Shown here: piece after piece, positions 47,001 through 59,800 of the stretch
Layout: every line of letters begins with the position of its first letter
How positions within the stretch are numbered: the stretch's first letter is position 1
NCBI GenBank assembly: GCA_001687465.1
Contig: LVLI01000326.1
Span: 1-64,000, forward strand
Direction of reading: 5' to 3'
DNA from: Halocafeteria seosinensis
Taxonomy: Eukaryota
DNA length: 64,000 nt
Position numbers and translations under genes: made by a program
The notes under the pieces: model-generated
What the model saw: the letters and a program-made list of their open reading frames with translations, nothing else
Databases searched by the model: none
What the model was told of the DNA's origin: nothing

Positions 47001-49602
47001 CCCCCGAGAAGCCAAACCTGATCGATCCGCATACCAGAAAGACTGTCCACTATTAATGCTTCCACAGGCTCTTTTGCATTCTCGTCCATGTTGTCCACCA
47101 CCAAATAGCTATTCTGAGATCCGCACTCATGGTAAACAGTTCCAGGTCCGGAGCGCAGGCCTAGAGTGCTGTTACCCCCAAACGCTTCGGCAGTAATGCT
47201 ATCTCTGAATGACGCGGATCTCCCGTTCTCATTCGTAAGCTTTGAGCATTTTACGGCTATTCTTCCACCGCCTCCACCATAAGCATATGTCGAGTCACCA
47301 CCGTTTGCCTTAAGTGCACCGGTGACCGATTCTAGGACGTCGGCAACCACACTAATGGATCCGCCTGCTCCACCTCCAACACTGCGGATAGAGATGTGTA
47401 CAATACTATAGATGCGGCAAGAAGCCTGTGCTGAATATGAATTTACTTACTCTTGCGTGGAACTTTCACCACCGACATTAACTTCTCCTTGGATGACTGC
47501 TCGGTGACAGCGAAGATTGAAACCAGCTCCACCATTCACACCAAGTACGCTATCTAAATTGCTGCATGAACCACTTCCGGACTGAGAGGGTTCAAAAACA
47601 CCTCCATAGGCAAGGGGGGAGTCTTCCTCATCCTTACACTTGTCTATCGGCTTGGGACAGCCTAGTCCTCCATGGGAACCTCCCCAATACCGATTTACGA
47701 AGGAGCTCCCTGGACTCTCGCAATTGCCATACCCTCCACCTACACCCTTTACTGTGGAGGGATGGCTGAGGAAAAAGACATTTGCAAGGACTGTAGCACT
47801 TCCATGGAGCAACAGTTCTGAACTGTCACTAAGTTTAATTTCATCCGAAGCCTGAAGAGTTACAGATTTATCCATCTTCAATGATGCCCCTCCAGACAGG
47901 CGGAACTTCGTTGCAGAAAGTAAAGTTTCACCACCGAAACGTCCGGTAGCTACACCAGACAATGAAAAGTTTGCATCACCGCTACCTTTTCCATGGGAGA
48001 AGAGTGTACCGGATTGCAGCCCAGTGGCACCATATTCTTGAGTCCATCTTGTTAGGCTAATTGTCGCTTCCCCTGTTCGTATGGTTAAGGAAGCTCCATC
48101 TGCTAGTGGATTTGAGGAAACGAATGTCTTCACCGACACGCTTAAGCTAAAAAATGATAGATATACTTACTTTCTGTGATTACTGATCCGGTAATGGATG
48201 CTTTTTGGAGCGAAATGGTGACGTTGGGGACGGTTACAAACAAATTCCCTTGCACCGTCAAGCTGTCGAGCTCGCTGACACTGGTATATATCCTGCAGGA
48301 CTCGTTCCGACGGACAAAGAGTTCCTTTTCTCCAGTGCACAAAGCGACTGGCGATGCCGATGGAGTGACACTCATTGTGGGTGTGGCCGTTGGCGAAACT
48401 GAAGGTGTTTCTGATGGCGTATGGGATGGCGTCACCGTCTCTGAGGACGTAGTAGATGGAGTCGCTCTGGACGGGCTTGACGATGATGTCGCGGAAGCCG
48501 TCGCGGAGGGGGTGATGGTGAGTGACGAACTCGGCGAGACCGAACGTGTGGGAGAACGCGATGCTGTTACTGACATCGAAGGTGTAGCAGACTGAGTCGG
48601 GGCCGATACGCTGGAAGTTGGAGTATTCGTAAGCGTGGCACTTCGCGAGGGGGTAATGCTTGTAGTTGGGCTCCATGACGGTGATTCCGAAGGCGTTATG
48701 GTTACCGATGCTGTTTGACTCGATGATGGCGTTTCTGACGCAGTAACCGAGGGGCTCGATGTATGGGAGGGGGTTTTGGATGGAGTTAGAGTATTAGAAG
48801 CTGTTTCGGAGGCTGTACTTGTCACTGAAGCAGTCAAACTGGAAGAAGGAGTCATAGACGATGTCACCGAAGATGATGGCGTATGGGACGACGTCATTGA
48901 GGAGGTTGGTGTGTTGGAGGGCGTAACACTTGATGAGCCGGTATTCGAGGGTGTCTCAGAGGCTGAACTAGTTACAGAAGGAGTCCAACTGGACGACGAG
49001 CTCGCAGAGGAAGTCGCTGATGAAGACGAGGAAGGCGATGGAGTAATCGTAGAGGACGGGGTAAACGAGGAAGTGACGCTTGATGGCGATGAAGTCAATG
49101 AGCCACTAGGGGAAGGACTTTTACTCTGCAAACTCTTTGACGGGGTTGTAGTCTCAGTCAACGTGGATGAAGACGTCATCGAAGGGCTCGCCGTTTGCGA
49201 TGGTGTTCCAGCCGTCTTAGTTGTTGAAGTTGCCGTGGGTGAAGGACTCTGAAACGTCGAATGTGTCTCATCGCCAGCTGAAGAACTGGTAGAAGAAAAC
49301 TCTGTAGGCGACGGATTTGCCGAAAACGTTAAAGATGCTGGATTAAACGAGGATGTTGAGGGAGTATGACTCAATGAGATGTTGATCCTAGTGTCAGCAT
49401 CGCTTGCTTCCGAAACAACAGGTGACGTCCATGAACTCCATGTGCCTGTGGGTTCATCGGTAGACTCGTGTGCGAGAGTGGGCGAGGACGTAACATCATC
49501 ACTGACAACAGGCTGTGCAAGCACTCCAACACAGATCATTGGCAAAATGATTGCCTCGAAAACGTTTTCCACTGACGAATCGAGGCGTCCGGGAAAGCTC
49601 AT
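29074..49602 (-). CDS. Giant probably secreted glycine-rich repeat protein G1 (~6,560 aa if the exon-5 frameshift is corrected); exons 49602-48171, 48102-47451, 47381-45804, 45732-42886, 42821-41101, 41025-39643, 39576-38143, 38070-36685, 36616-35006, 34932-33229, 33159-31366, 31281-30249, 30183-29074
   Basis: Successive minus-strand ORFs are joined by 64-84 nt GT-AG introns. A hydrophobic N-terminus and an S/T/P-rich stalk precede ~11 units with GGGAGGSI..ANGG..GGGGGRIA..GPGT and GGSHGGLG..PGSGGC..GGA..GTIDVSG motifs. The C-terminus has GCxxxxAxNY repeats, a coiled coil and a Calx-beta-like domain. There is one apparent 1-nt frameshift near 41760. The start could be 49629 if the putative 49611-49655 intron is not spliced. 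Confidence 0.82.
29960..30350 (-). repeat. Four GCxxxxAxNY(x)xxAxxxxGxC repeats in the G1 C-terminus
   Basis: GCTTEVAANYNPFANWDDGSC, GCTYTMAQ|NYQPEATVNDGTC, GCMCRDALNYNATADINVAGGIC, GCAYLAGLNYDITAEVDNGTC. Confidence 0.85.
48340..49480 (-). repeat. Mucin-like Ser/Thr/Pro-rich low-complexity stalk of G1
   Basis: Imperfect SVTPSxTPS / TASETPS iterations over ~380 aa in exon 1. Confidence 0.85.
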
Positions 49603-49655
49603 TTTCAGTTCTGCGGAAAAGGCAATCATTTTGAGATTGAGTCAGATTGACTTAC

Positions 49656-50890
49656 CTAAAACCGAGGGGGGAGGAAGACGTCGTCGTCTACACCCTCGAG
49701 ACAAATTTTCAGGCTATTTCTCGCTGGCCACTTTCTTCGGATACCACATTGTACTTACATTGGGAAACCGTGAGTAGCAATCGTTTTTAGAAAAGAGAGA
49801 GTCTTTTTAGGTCAACGTCCGATTTCGTGAGAACATCGCACAGCCCCCGGGATCTGGACGGCAGGGGACGCTTCCTTTTTCTAAGTTCGACTTCTTTTTC
49901 AGAGACACACAAGCCGGGAAACATCCAGCGCTAGCTATAACCAAGCCGAAGAAGAATTCATAATGTAGTATGGGGTCTGTGTACGTTCGTAACCAGTAGA
50001 ATACGATATACCCTTGGTTTAGGGTGTCCGGGGAAAAGAGCTCTCTGGCAGGGGAGGTCCGGAACGTTGGTGGCGTACAGCGTGTACGCCCGGAACCGTT
50101 TGGAACCGACAACGTGTAATCGCTTGCATGATTCATTCGCTAAATGTACAAGAAATACAGTGTTACTGTTGACATCCCTTTAAAAGACAAAGAATATAGC
50201 AGGTGAGCGGATGCTACGGTGTATCGTTCGCTTGCGCGATCGCATGAACACCCAGTCCTGCAAGGCGAACAACGTGTTCCACGTGTCCACCTTCAACCGA
50301 GGACTGCTCACGTTCATCTCCGTTCGGCACTATCTTGTATAGATCCTCTGTATTTGTGATTAACAAAGCTACAAGGGGTGTTGTGCGCGGATACGGGTGG
50401 TTCAAGAAAACGAGGTCATTCGTGTATTTCGTTCATGAGTCAGGTATTCAAAAAGATCCGGTTTTCGCAGGAATCGCACCGTCCTGGAGCAGCTGGCTCG
50501 GTTTTGAGCTAGTCGCTCACGGAACCCTCTCTCTCTCGTTTGTCTTTTCTCTGTTCCTCAGCGACTCTATACTACCAATAGCATTTCATTATCTGCCGCG
50601 CGTCATCGCTCTAAGGTACGAAGAAATTGTAGAGACTACTTATAGGCTGTCATATCTTATAACAACTGGAACGAGTACCATTCGTCCTCCTGGGGTGATT
50701 GTTCCCTACAGGGAAAGTGCGGCGGGGGTAGTTGNTTGGCCCTGCTATTGGAAGTGTTTGTCCCTAATGTATAGCTCCTGCTGGTGTTTATGGTAGTGTT
50801 ACACCCAATGAAAATTGTGGTACTCTTTGTCGCAGGCAATTACCTGATACTTGCTCCCATCGCTGGAACCTAGAACGTACACTTTGTGAC
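49656..50890. promoter_or_regulatory. Divergent intergenic region between G1 and G2 (candidate bidirectional promoter)
   Basis: Positional inference only: ~1.3 kb between the 5' ends of two divergent paralogs. No promoter motif was identified, and there is an N at 50735. Confidence 0.35.
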
Positions 50891-53800
50891 ATGTTCGTTC
50901 TATCTGGTGTAATGCGAGGGGGAAAGTTAGATTTGCATTCTAGCATTCGTTCTGGTTTTTTCACAATTTGGGTTACCGCAATGTTTTTAGCGGCTACCCA
51001 GTGGCTAGGCTACACGAGTGCGGAAGAAAATCCTACGAGCACGGTTACTCCCTCCTCGGGGAGCGAGCATGCAACCCCTTCTATGTCTGTAACACCGGAG
51101 GAAGCGGACGGTTCGAATTCCAGTACACACCCCTCTCATAGATTTGAGTTAGCATCCAGTGCTCCTGTATCGGTTTCACCTTCTCCAACTGCTACGTCTC
51201 CCTCCGCCCCCAAGGACTCGGTTAAGTCAGCAAGTCCGTCTGCATCCCCCTCCGGAAAGCCAAGCATAACAACTGAATCAGGGAGTCTTACGTATTCATC
51301 AAATGATACTATGGTAGTTAGGGGTTCTTCTTCCAGCACTCCCACAGAGGATGAAGAGGTGTTGGGTCCATTAAGCAGCGCTCCTACCTCTCCCAGTGCT
51401 TCCGATAGCCCCAGTCCGAGTACCTCTGCCTCTTGTACAGCGACGAACAATGACAAGGTCCTTGACCAGTCGAACCCTTCCCTGTCTCCTTCGGTAAGCT
51501 TCACTCCGAGTTTGTCGCCCTCCCCATCGTCGTCAGTTTCTGGGAGCGCAACGGCAACTCAGATGTCCCCATCTCCTTCGGAAACCGCTTCCACTACCTC
51601 GAGCAAAACGGCCACGGGTACAGCTTCCGAAACGGCAACTGAAACTATTACAGACACACCAACTTCGTCAGTTACATCATCACATACGGGCACACCAAGT
51701 GTGACGGCCACCCGAACCGGTACTCCCTCCGTTTCGCCAACTCCTTCGATTTCTCCAGTCGGGTATTGCGCACCACCAGCGAACCAGTCTCTTACTGTCG
51801 ATGCGGGAGTGTCATGCCGTTTAGATCAGCGATATACTGGTGACATCGAAGGTTTGTACGTTTATGGCGTGCTCTTATATAACGGTCCGGATGATTTGTT
51901 GAACCTTGAAAAGGCATTCATTTCCGGAGCTATCGAAGCAGAAGGTAAGTTACATAAATCGGAACACGCTCTAGACTGCTGAAGTATAGTGGTATTACGG
52001 AACACTACAGGCGCTACACTGGTGCTTCGCGTGGGCCGCTTTACCGTTGCACTTGGTTCCTGGAGCCAAAAGCGTGGCCGGACCACTATAGAACAGGAAG
52101 ACATGAACGTTGACGGCGACGTAACTGGATCATCTGCTATCAGCGTTTCCGGATATGCAGGAATGGAATTTGAGGAAGGATCAACGATTGAAGCGAAATC
52201 ATTACATGTGTTAGAAAAAGGAAGTGTCAGCCTTGGTAGATCTTGCTCTCTCTCTTTTGCCGAACAAGTTGCATTCAAAGATCAAAGCTTCTCCAACGTG
52301 CAATTTGGCGGATCTATTACAGCTGGAGCACTGTTATTACAAGAGAAGGCTACGATTCACGGAGTTGCCAACGGCTACGCTTCTTGTGAGGGGCCTGGAG
52401 CCCCAAGTAAGCCTGGATTGGGTGCATCCCATGGAGGTTATGGGAGCGATACCTCTTGGGAGCACTCCAGAGAAATATCTGATATTGGTTGGCCATACGA
52501 TGACGTCTTTGCACCTCGACAACCAGGTAGCGGAGCGTGCAGCGGCGGAAGCGGGGGCGCCTTTTTGTACATCGACGTATTCGGGGACGCCCAGCTCCAG
52601 GGGGAAATAGATCTTGGTGGGAACTCTTCCGAATTGGAGGTGTAAGTTGTCCCGCTGCGCAACATTGCATGTTAACTTTATTACAGTAGGGCTATGGTGC
52701 TATTTTGCAGTGCCGGAGGTGGAGCTGGCGGAGCTATACTACTGCACGCCGAGACAGTCAATGGTTCTGGCTCGATACGGGTAAATGGTGGGGACACTAG
52801 TGGTGCTAACTCGTTCGGTGGTGCTGGTGGCCGAGTTGCCATTTATAGCAGGCAGAGCGTAGATTTCAGCTCAATTCCTTTATTGATTGAGGCATTTGGG
52901 GGAATGTCTTCTACTGGTTTCCGAGCAGGTCCTGGTACCATTTATTTGCATTGTAACAAAACGTCTTGGAGTGAAATCATCGTAGATTACGGTCAAACCG
53001 ATGGCCCAACGGGAGTTGAAGGTGTCATCGTAAACGATGACCCGACTATTCGAGTTGACTCCGTGCAATTGAAACGCGGCGCAGGATTCCTTTGGCTACG
53101 AGATGGCTCTGACACCGGTCTCTTCTCTATGTTGAACGCGAATGGAGATACCACTGGCCTCCTTCGAGTGCTGGAAAACCAAGCCTTTTTTATCGGGCTT
53201 TCTATTTCGGGAGACATGAGGACAATGTATGACAGTGAGTATACACAGATTCGGCACAGCATCGTGACATATAGAAGCTCGCAACTGGTTACTTCCTCAC
53301 ACGTGTCCCTATCTTCTGTAACTGTTACTACCCACGGAAGTTGGCAAGGATCGCAAGAGTTTGAATTCGAGAAGGCTGGCTTGTTGAGCGGCTTCAGCCC
53401 TTCCGATGTAGTTGGATTGAACCTATCTTCACTCCGGCTGACAAACTCTACCATAACGATGAATCACTCGAGTCTTTACTCTGTCGTGGATATGAATACT
53501 ATGGTTCTTTTGGGAAACTCACACGTGGATGCGGGGCGCAATAGTAAATTAGTATTTACAGAAGTCGTTACGTTGCAGGACTCGTCGTCTATTAGCGTTT
53601 CGGACAACGCTTCGATTCACGCCGACCGGATTTATCTTGGTCCAGAAGCCGCCATCAATGGCGTAGCACGAGGATATCCGCCATGCAGTGGAAAAGGGGC
53701 ATCTACATTCTCGGGACAGGGTGGATCACATGGCGGTCTTGGTACCTATGAGAGCCTAGACTCACTCCAGCCAGGTGATTTATCCGGTTTTCCGAATGAC

Positions 53801-56800
53801 GGAACATTCGAGCCACATCTACCAGGTAGTGGCGGCTGTGATCCGGACAATGGGAGCCTTGGTGGCTTCGGGGGAGCTTTCCTTCGCTTAGACATCGCCA
53901 ATTCAAGCGAAATATCCGGAGTGATTGATGTCAGCGGTGGGGATGCTGCCAAGGCCAGGTATGTCTATCTTGCTTGTACTGTACTGTAGATCGATCTCGT
54001 CATCTGAGTATTTTTGCTATTGTTTTTGTGCAGCGGTGGTGGAGGAGCAGGCGGCGGGCTTCTGTTCACCACTAGTAAACTGTTTCGAGGTGTTGATAGA
54101 GGCGCAGGTGTCTTAAAAGCAAATGGGGGTCATGGATTTTCTGACGCCACTGCGGGTGGTTTCGGTGGAAGTGGTGGCCGGATCGCCCTTTATTGTGACG
54201 AAATTTTGGACATGAATACTGCGGAACACCTTTCAGAAGGAGTTGCGTTTGAAGTTCACGGTGGATTGAGGGGAATAGAGTCTGTTGAACGGTCGGGGCC
54301 CGGAACGTTTTATCATGAATGTGGACAGGAACGTACACAAAACCTGTTGACAGAGAATAACGAGGATGATGAAGCAAATCCTAAAGATGCAATCATTGTA
54401 GATTTCGAAGAGTATCTTTTTTTCGATAAAATGTCTCTTAACAAAGGAGCCGGTGTCAGATGGGAATACACAGGAAGGTTCGTGACGGCTTCCTTGGAAA
54501 GTGATGGAACGGGCCGTTGGAGTCTCCGGAAGGGCCAAGTAGGAGTGTTTAGTGTTGCTAGCACAAACGCCTCTGCTTCCGTTGACCAAAAAGAGAGAAT
54601 CATTCCTTCAATCATAGACGTAGGACAAACAGCAACCCTGCTAACGCCTTTTAAAGTCAGACTTTTCGGGGGCCACGTCATAGTTGAGGGGCGCTGGTTT
54701 GGAATGATCCCAGTTAGTGAGTCGACAGCTAAGTACGGAACGTGGGTACCTCCAAGTGGGGAAGCTCGGATAAATTTAACTGCTTTGAATGTAGAAGGCG
54801 ACGGCGGAGTGACTGGAGAGGCTCGCTCGTCATTCGATATAAGCGTTCGACAACTCGTCCTCAGCTCCAATTCTTCGGTAGAAATAACTGCTGAACAGGT
54901 TAACTTCCGGGCTGAAGAGTTCCGTGGGGAGCATAACGCTGAACTTGTCTTCGATACTTTCTCGTCCTTTATCTCAGTGGATCAGTTAAGGATGACAAGT
55001 TCCTCCCAATTCCACACTGGCTCGAATGCGTCCATCCGTTGTACTGCCGTGGACTTAGAAGAGTCAAGCGTGTTGCATGTGGTTTCCATGGCTGATATTC
55101 AGAGCGAGTGCCTGCGTATCGAATCAAATGCCCTTCTCAGTGGCGTCGCAGGTGGTTACGGCGCTTGTGAGGGGCCAGGTGCTCCATTTATCCACACTCG
55201 AGGTGGTTCATACGGGGGGTTAGGAGCGCCGTTGAATATTTCTGAATTTGTTGCTACTGGAAAGGAAGCATTCGCCTATGGGGACACTTTCGCTCCTCAA
55301 CAAGCGGGAAGCGGAGGATGCGATAACGGGCTTGAGGGCGCTGGAGGTGCTCATCTTTCGGTTGACGTATTGCAAGAAAGCAAAATATATGGTACTATAG
55401 ATATGAGCGGAGGAGATGCAGCGCCGTCGGGGTAAGTAGTGGCGCCGTTCCACATTACTCTGCTACCATTCTCGTTTTATGCTTGTACTGTTTTGCGTCC
55501 ATACAGTGCGGGAGGTGGTTCCGGAGGTAGTATATTACTGAGAACTCATAGACATCGCAAGACGAACGGTCTGCTGAAAGCAAGTGGTGGTGACGCAGGC
55601 TTCTTTGAAAGTTATGGTGGCGGAGGCGGTCGGTTAGCGCTCTACTGCAATGAGGTATTAGAGAATGAAGAAGTGGCGCCTTCGATGGTATCGGATACAT
55701 TGCGCTTTGAGGTGTATGGAGGGCGCTCTGGGGACACGAACCGCACGATTCGCTCTGGACCGGGGACGTACTATCGAGAATGCGGTCAAGAGGCCAGAAA
55801 GGAAATTTTAACAGGAAACGGAGACAACAACATGAACGATTTTGCTGAAGCTGTGATTTTAACTGATTCTGCGCACTCTCTCCATTTCGACGTGATGCAT
55901 CTCTTTAACAAAGCTCGACTAAACTGGGTTCCCAAACAGACTCCCATGGCTACGAGTGAATTTGGTTTCTTTGTGCACAATCTGAAAGGTGACGGTTCTG
56001 GCCAGTGGAGCATTCGGGAGAATCAAGTGGGCATTTTGGGGATCACGAATAACAGCGACCCTAAATCACCTATATTCTCTGAGAAAAACGTTAGTCGGGG
56101 ATACTCCGATACCCAGGTACTTGTAGGAGATCGAACTTGGAAGCGAATCGACGAGTGGTTGTATAGTCTCGATTCCCTTGACTGCGCCTTAAGCAGGGCA
56201 GGTGTAGACGTACTGACAGGAGCTCGCTTAGTGACACCTCCTTATGTCACCCTATCCGGAACAAGGGCGCAACTTGAAGGTATATGGGATGGTGTTCAAG
56301 TCTTGACTCTCATGCATGGAGCGATTCTAACCATCAGAGATGAGTCCAGCAGGCAATTCAGTCTTCCAACACTAGCAATGATGGGTAATGCGGCATTCCA
56401 CGTTCACAGTGGTAGCAGTTTCTCTCTGAACCTAGAAAAATTGACAATGGTAGAAAATGCTCAAATGCATGCAGACGTAAAAGGAGACTTCGCTTTTAGT
56501 TTGCCGACTTCACTGGTGTTACGTGACGAAGTTAGTGTCAGTGTTCTCGGGACAGGCGTTACAGCCCTAAACATGAAACATGTCGAGGTCCGTAATAACT
56601 CGAGGTTTATGATCGAACCTGGAAATATCACACGTTTGGCAGCAACCTCATTTCTGGCCACCGGACATTCCACTACGGATTTCGGTAACAACCCGAAAAT
56701 CAATACTAGCGTGGTAGTATTAAATGAGTCGGCATCGGTACACTTTGGAGGAAGCGGAAGTATATTATGTAGTAGACTGCATATAGGTGAAAACAGCGAA

Positions 56801-59800
56801 ATCGAAGGAATCGGAAGAGGATTTGGTCCGTGTGAGGGTCCAGGTGCTCCATCAACAGTCCATCATGGAGGGTCTCATGGGGGCCTTGGAACAGTCATGA
56901 GCCTGTCATATCTATTGGCTTCCAATGACTCCGGTTTGCCCTATGATGATGTGTTCGAACCTGTATACCCTGGAAGTGGGGGTTGTGGTACCGGTTTTGA
57001 GGGGTCAGGTGGGGCGTTTCTCCGTTTGGAGGTGGCGGGTGAAACTATTTTCTCCGGAACTGTAGACGTGAGTGGAGATAATGCTTCCAAGAACGGGTAA
57101 GTTCATCGCTGTTGATAGCTGTCAAAGCGGATTCATATTTCTAAGTATTGATTCCAATGCAGCTTTGGCGGAGGTGCCGGCGGCGGAATCGTTCTCCATA
57201 CTCGGACGCTAGTGGCCAGTGAAGGTATGCTCAAGAGTAACGGAGGGAATGCGGGGTCTGTAGGCAGTTACGGGGGAAGTGGTGGTCGCCTGGCTGTGTA
57301 TTGCGATCAGCCTTTAGAAGAAGACCGACAGTTTCATTTTGAAGCACAAGGGGGCTATTCCGGGGGGTCTGTGGACAGCCTCCGTTCGGGTGCAGGTACC
57401 TTCTACCGAGACTGTGGAGCATATCATTCCAAGGAGCTGAAGTCCGATAACGGAGCAAGTGGGCATTTACATCCAACTGAAAGCGTTATCACTACCGAAG
57501 CTGACTCGGTTCACTTCGACCGCGTCGAACTCCTCAATGGCGTAAAGCTTAGCTGGCTCACTCGCTCAAAGGCTGAACAGCGACACATGTTCTCGATTGC
57601 CAGGCTCGATGGGGACAGAAGCAGTGTATGGAACTTGAGAGAAAGCCAAAAGGGGTGGCTCGGTTTCCAAGGTGACAAAGTTACCACTTCTGATGTGTCC
57701 CCATCGACTGTGAGCAGCGTCCGCACAAAACGGTATTTCGCCCAGGTCGGTACACTAGAATGGCTTAATTATGGTGTCAATACAATCCATGCGGATGATA
57801 TCGAGACAGCCCTGACGGAATGTGGTCTCGATATTGACGATTCAGCATTGTTGACTACGCCTCCTCACGTCGTAGTTGCGGGTGTCCCGATTAATCTGCA
57901 AGGTGAGTGGGAAGGCCTAAAGTATTTGAGCCTTCTGAAGAACGCAACAATGCGTGTGAAAGGCGGAAACGTGGAGGGACGTGTTGAGTTTCACTCACTC
58001 GACATGATGGATGAATCGCGTTTGGACGTCAATAGTGCTGATAGCGTGTTTGTGTCGATTGGGTCTCTATCCATGACAGATGCTGCTCGTTTGAGTGCTC
58101 GGACGAACGGCAGCAAACTTCGTTTCAAGGCGGACTCTCTTTCCTTAAACAACGAAAACCGGATTGATATAACCTCACCATCCACAGTAGAATTGAATGT
58201 CAAGGAGATGTCGATGACAGGACATGCTTCCACCAACATAACTGCAGAACGGAGTTGTGTATTCACATTTACTTCTCTGAGAATGCAGAACCTCTCACAG
58301 TTGACAGCCGACCGTAATTCTTCCATTTTCCTAGAAGATACTTTGCATATGACTGATTATGCCACGCTTAATGTGCATGGAAGGGCGGAAATAGAGGGGC
58401 GACATGTATTTCTTGAAGGAAACTCTAAGTTGATGGGTCATGGAAACGGATTTGGACCGTGCGAAGGCGAGGGGACACCTACTGTGTCAACTTACGGAGG
58501 CTCTCATGGTGGATTAGGTAGCACCCATAACATCACAAAATTTTTGAAAATGGAAAAAGCAGCGTTTGCAAATGACGACCTGTTTGAACCTCATTTGCCT
58601 GGAAGCGGCAGTTGCAATGGTCGGGGCAAGGGCAACCCAGGTGGTGCGAGCGTGGCTGTGAGAGTGTCTGACTCCAGTATAATTGAAGGAACTGTGGATA
58701 TGAGTGGATCTGCGAGCTCCTACATAGAGTAAGTAGCGCTGGTTACAACAGGAAGGCACTTTGACTTGCTTTAATCCAGTTATCTCTTGTTCGTTTGCAG
58801 TGCTGGAGGAGGAGCTGGAGGATCGATTTTGTGGAAGACATTCTCGCTTAAACGTGACTCAGGACTGTTGAAAGCCAACGGTGCGGATGGTAACCTTCAA
58901 GGTTCGTATGGAGGCAGCGGCGGACGCATTGCCCTTCATTGCAATGAATCGACAACAGTGAGTCTTAGCTATACTATTCAAGGTGGTGAGCAGAAGTCCA
59001 CGGGGGCACGCTCGGGACCGGGGACATATTACCGATATTGCTTCGCTAACCATCGTCGAGAGTTGCTTTCCGCAAATGAGATGTACCGTGCCTCGCAAGT
59101 AGCAGACGCGGTGATTATCAATGACGAGATGTCCATACTAGCGCTCGACCGAGTTACAATCCTTTCCGGATCACGAGTCCAATGGTGGCCCATAAGTGGC
59201 CAAAACAATTTGCGCTTTTCAATTGGAGAGCTTCAGGGAGATCAAACAGGAAGATGGACAATACCCTCTAATCAGGTCGGTGAACTGGGTCTGTTACACA
59301 AGACGAAACATTCCAGTCTTGTAAGCGCTACATATGGATCCAATGCCCTTGTAAAGAACAATGAGACCAGTTGGATACAAACTACAACTAAGTCCCTTTA
59401 TAGGGATGATGTCGCTGCAGCACTGACCCAAGTTGGGGTAGACGTTTTGGAAGGAGGAGAGTTTAAAACTCCAACCCAAATTGTCGTGTCTAATGTGTCG
59501 GTACTTTTATCGGGCAACTGGAACGGTTTAGAAGAGCTGAGTTTGCTTAATGGGGCGAACGTGGAGATTTTTATGCGCCAGAATTTCAGCAACATTGACT
59601 GGAAGTCGGTCACGTTGATCGAGGATGCGCGTTTAAGTGTGCACAGTTTCCATTCTATGCATCTAAACTTGCTAAGACTCTCTATGGATAACAGTAGCAA
59701 GCTTACAGCAACGGCGGACGAACAGTTAGTAACAGAGTTTGGAGCGGTGAACATGTCCCGAGAAAGCGCTATTGAAGTCCGAGGAAAGTCGAACGTCGAG

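Noticed and set aside
48176..49252. Plus-strand V/D/E/G-rich ORFs (139 aa and 158 aa), and 51136-51504 on the minus strand
   Set aside because: Antisense shadows of the Ser/Thr/Pro stalks.
50246..50345. NNVFHVST peptide resembling the Ty3/Gypsy integrase C-terminal HxVFHVS motif
   Set aside because: Only a short match, with no flanking integrase or chromodomain similarity visible; could be chance.
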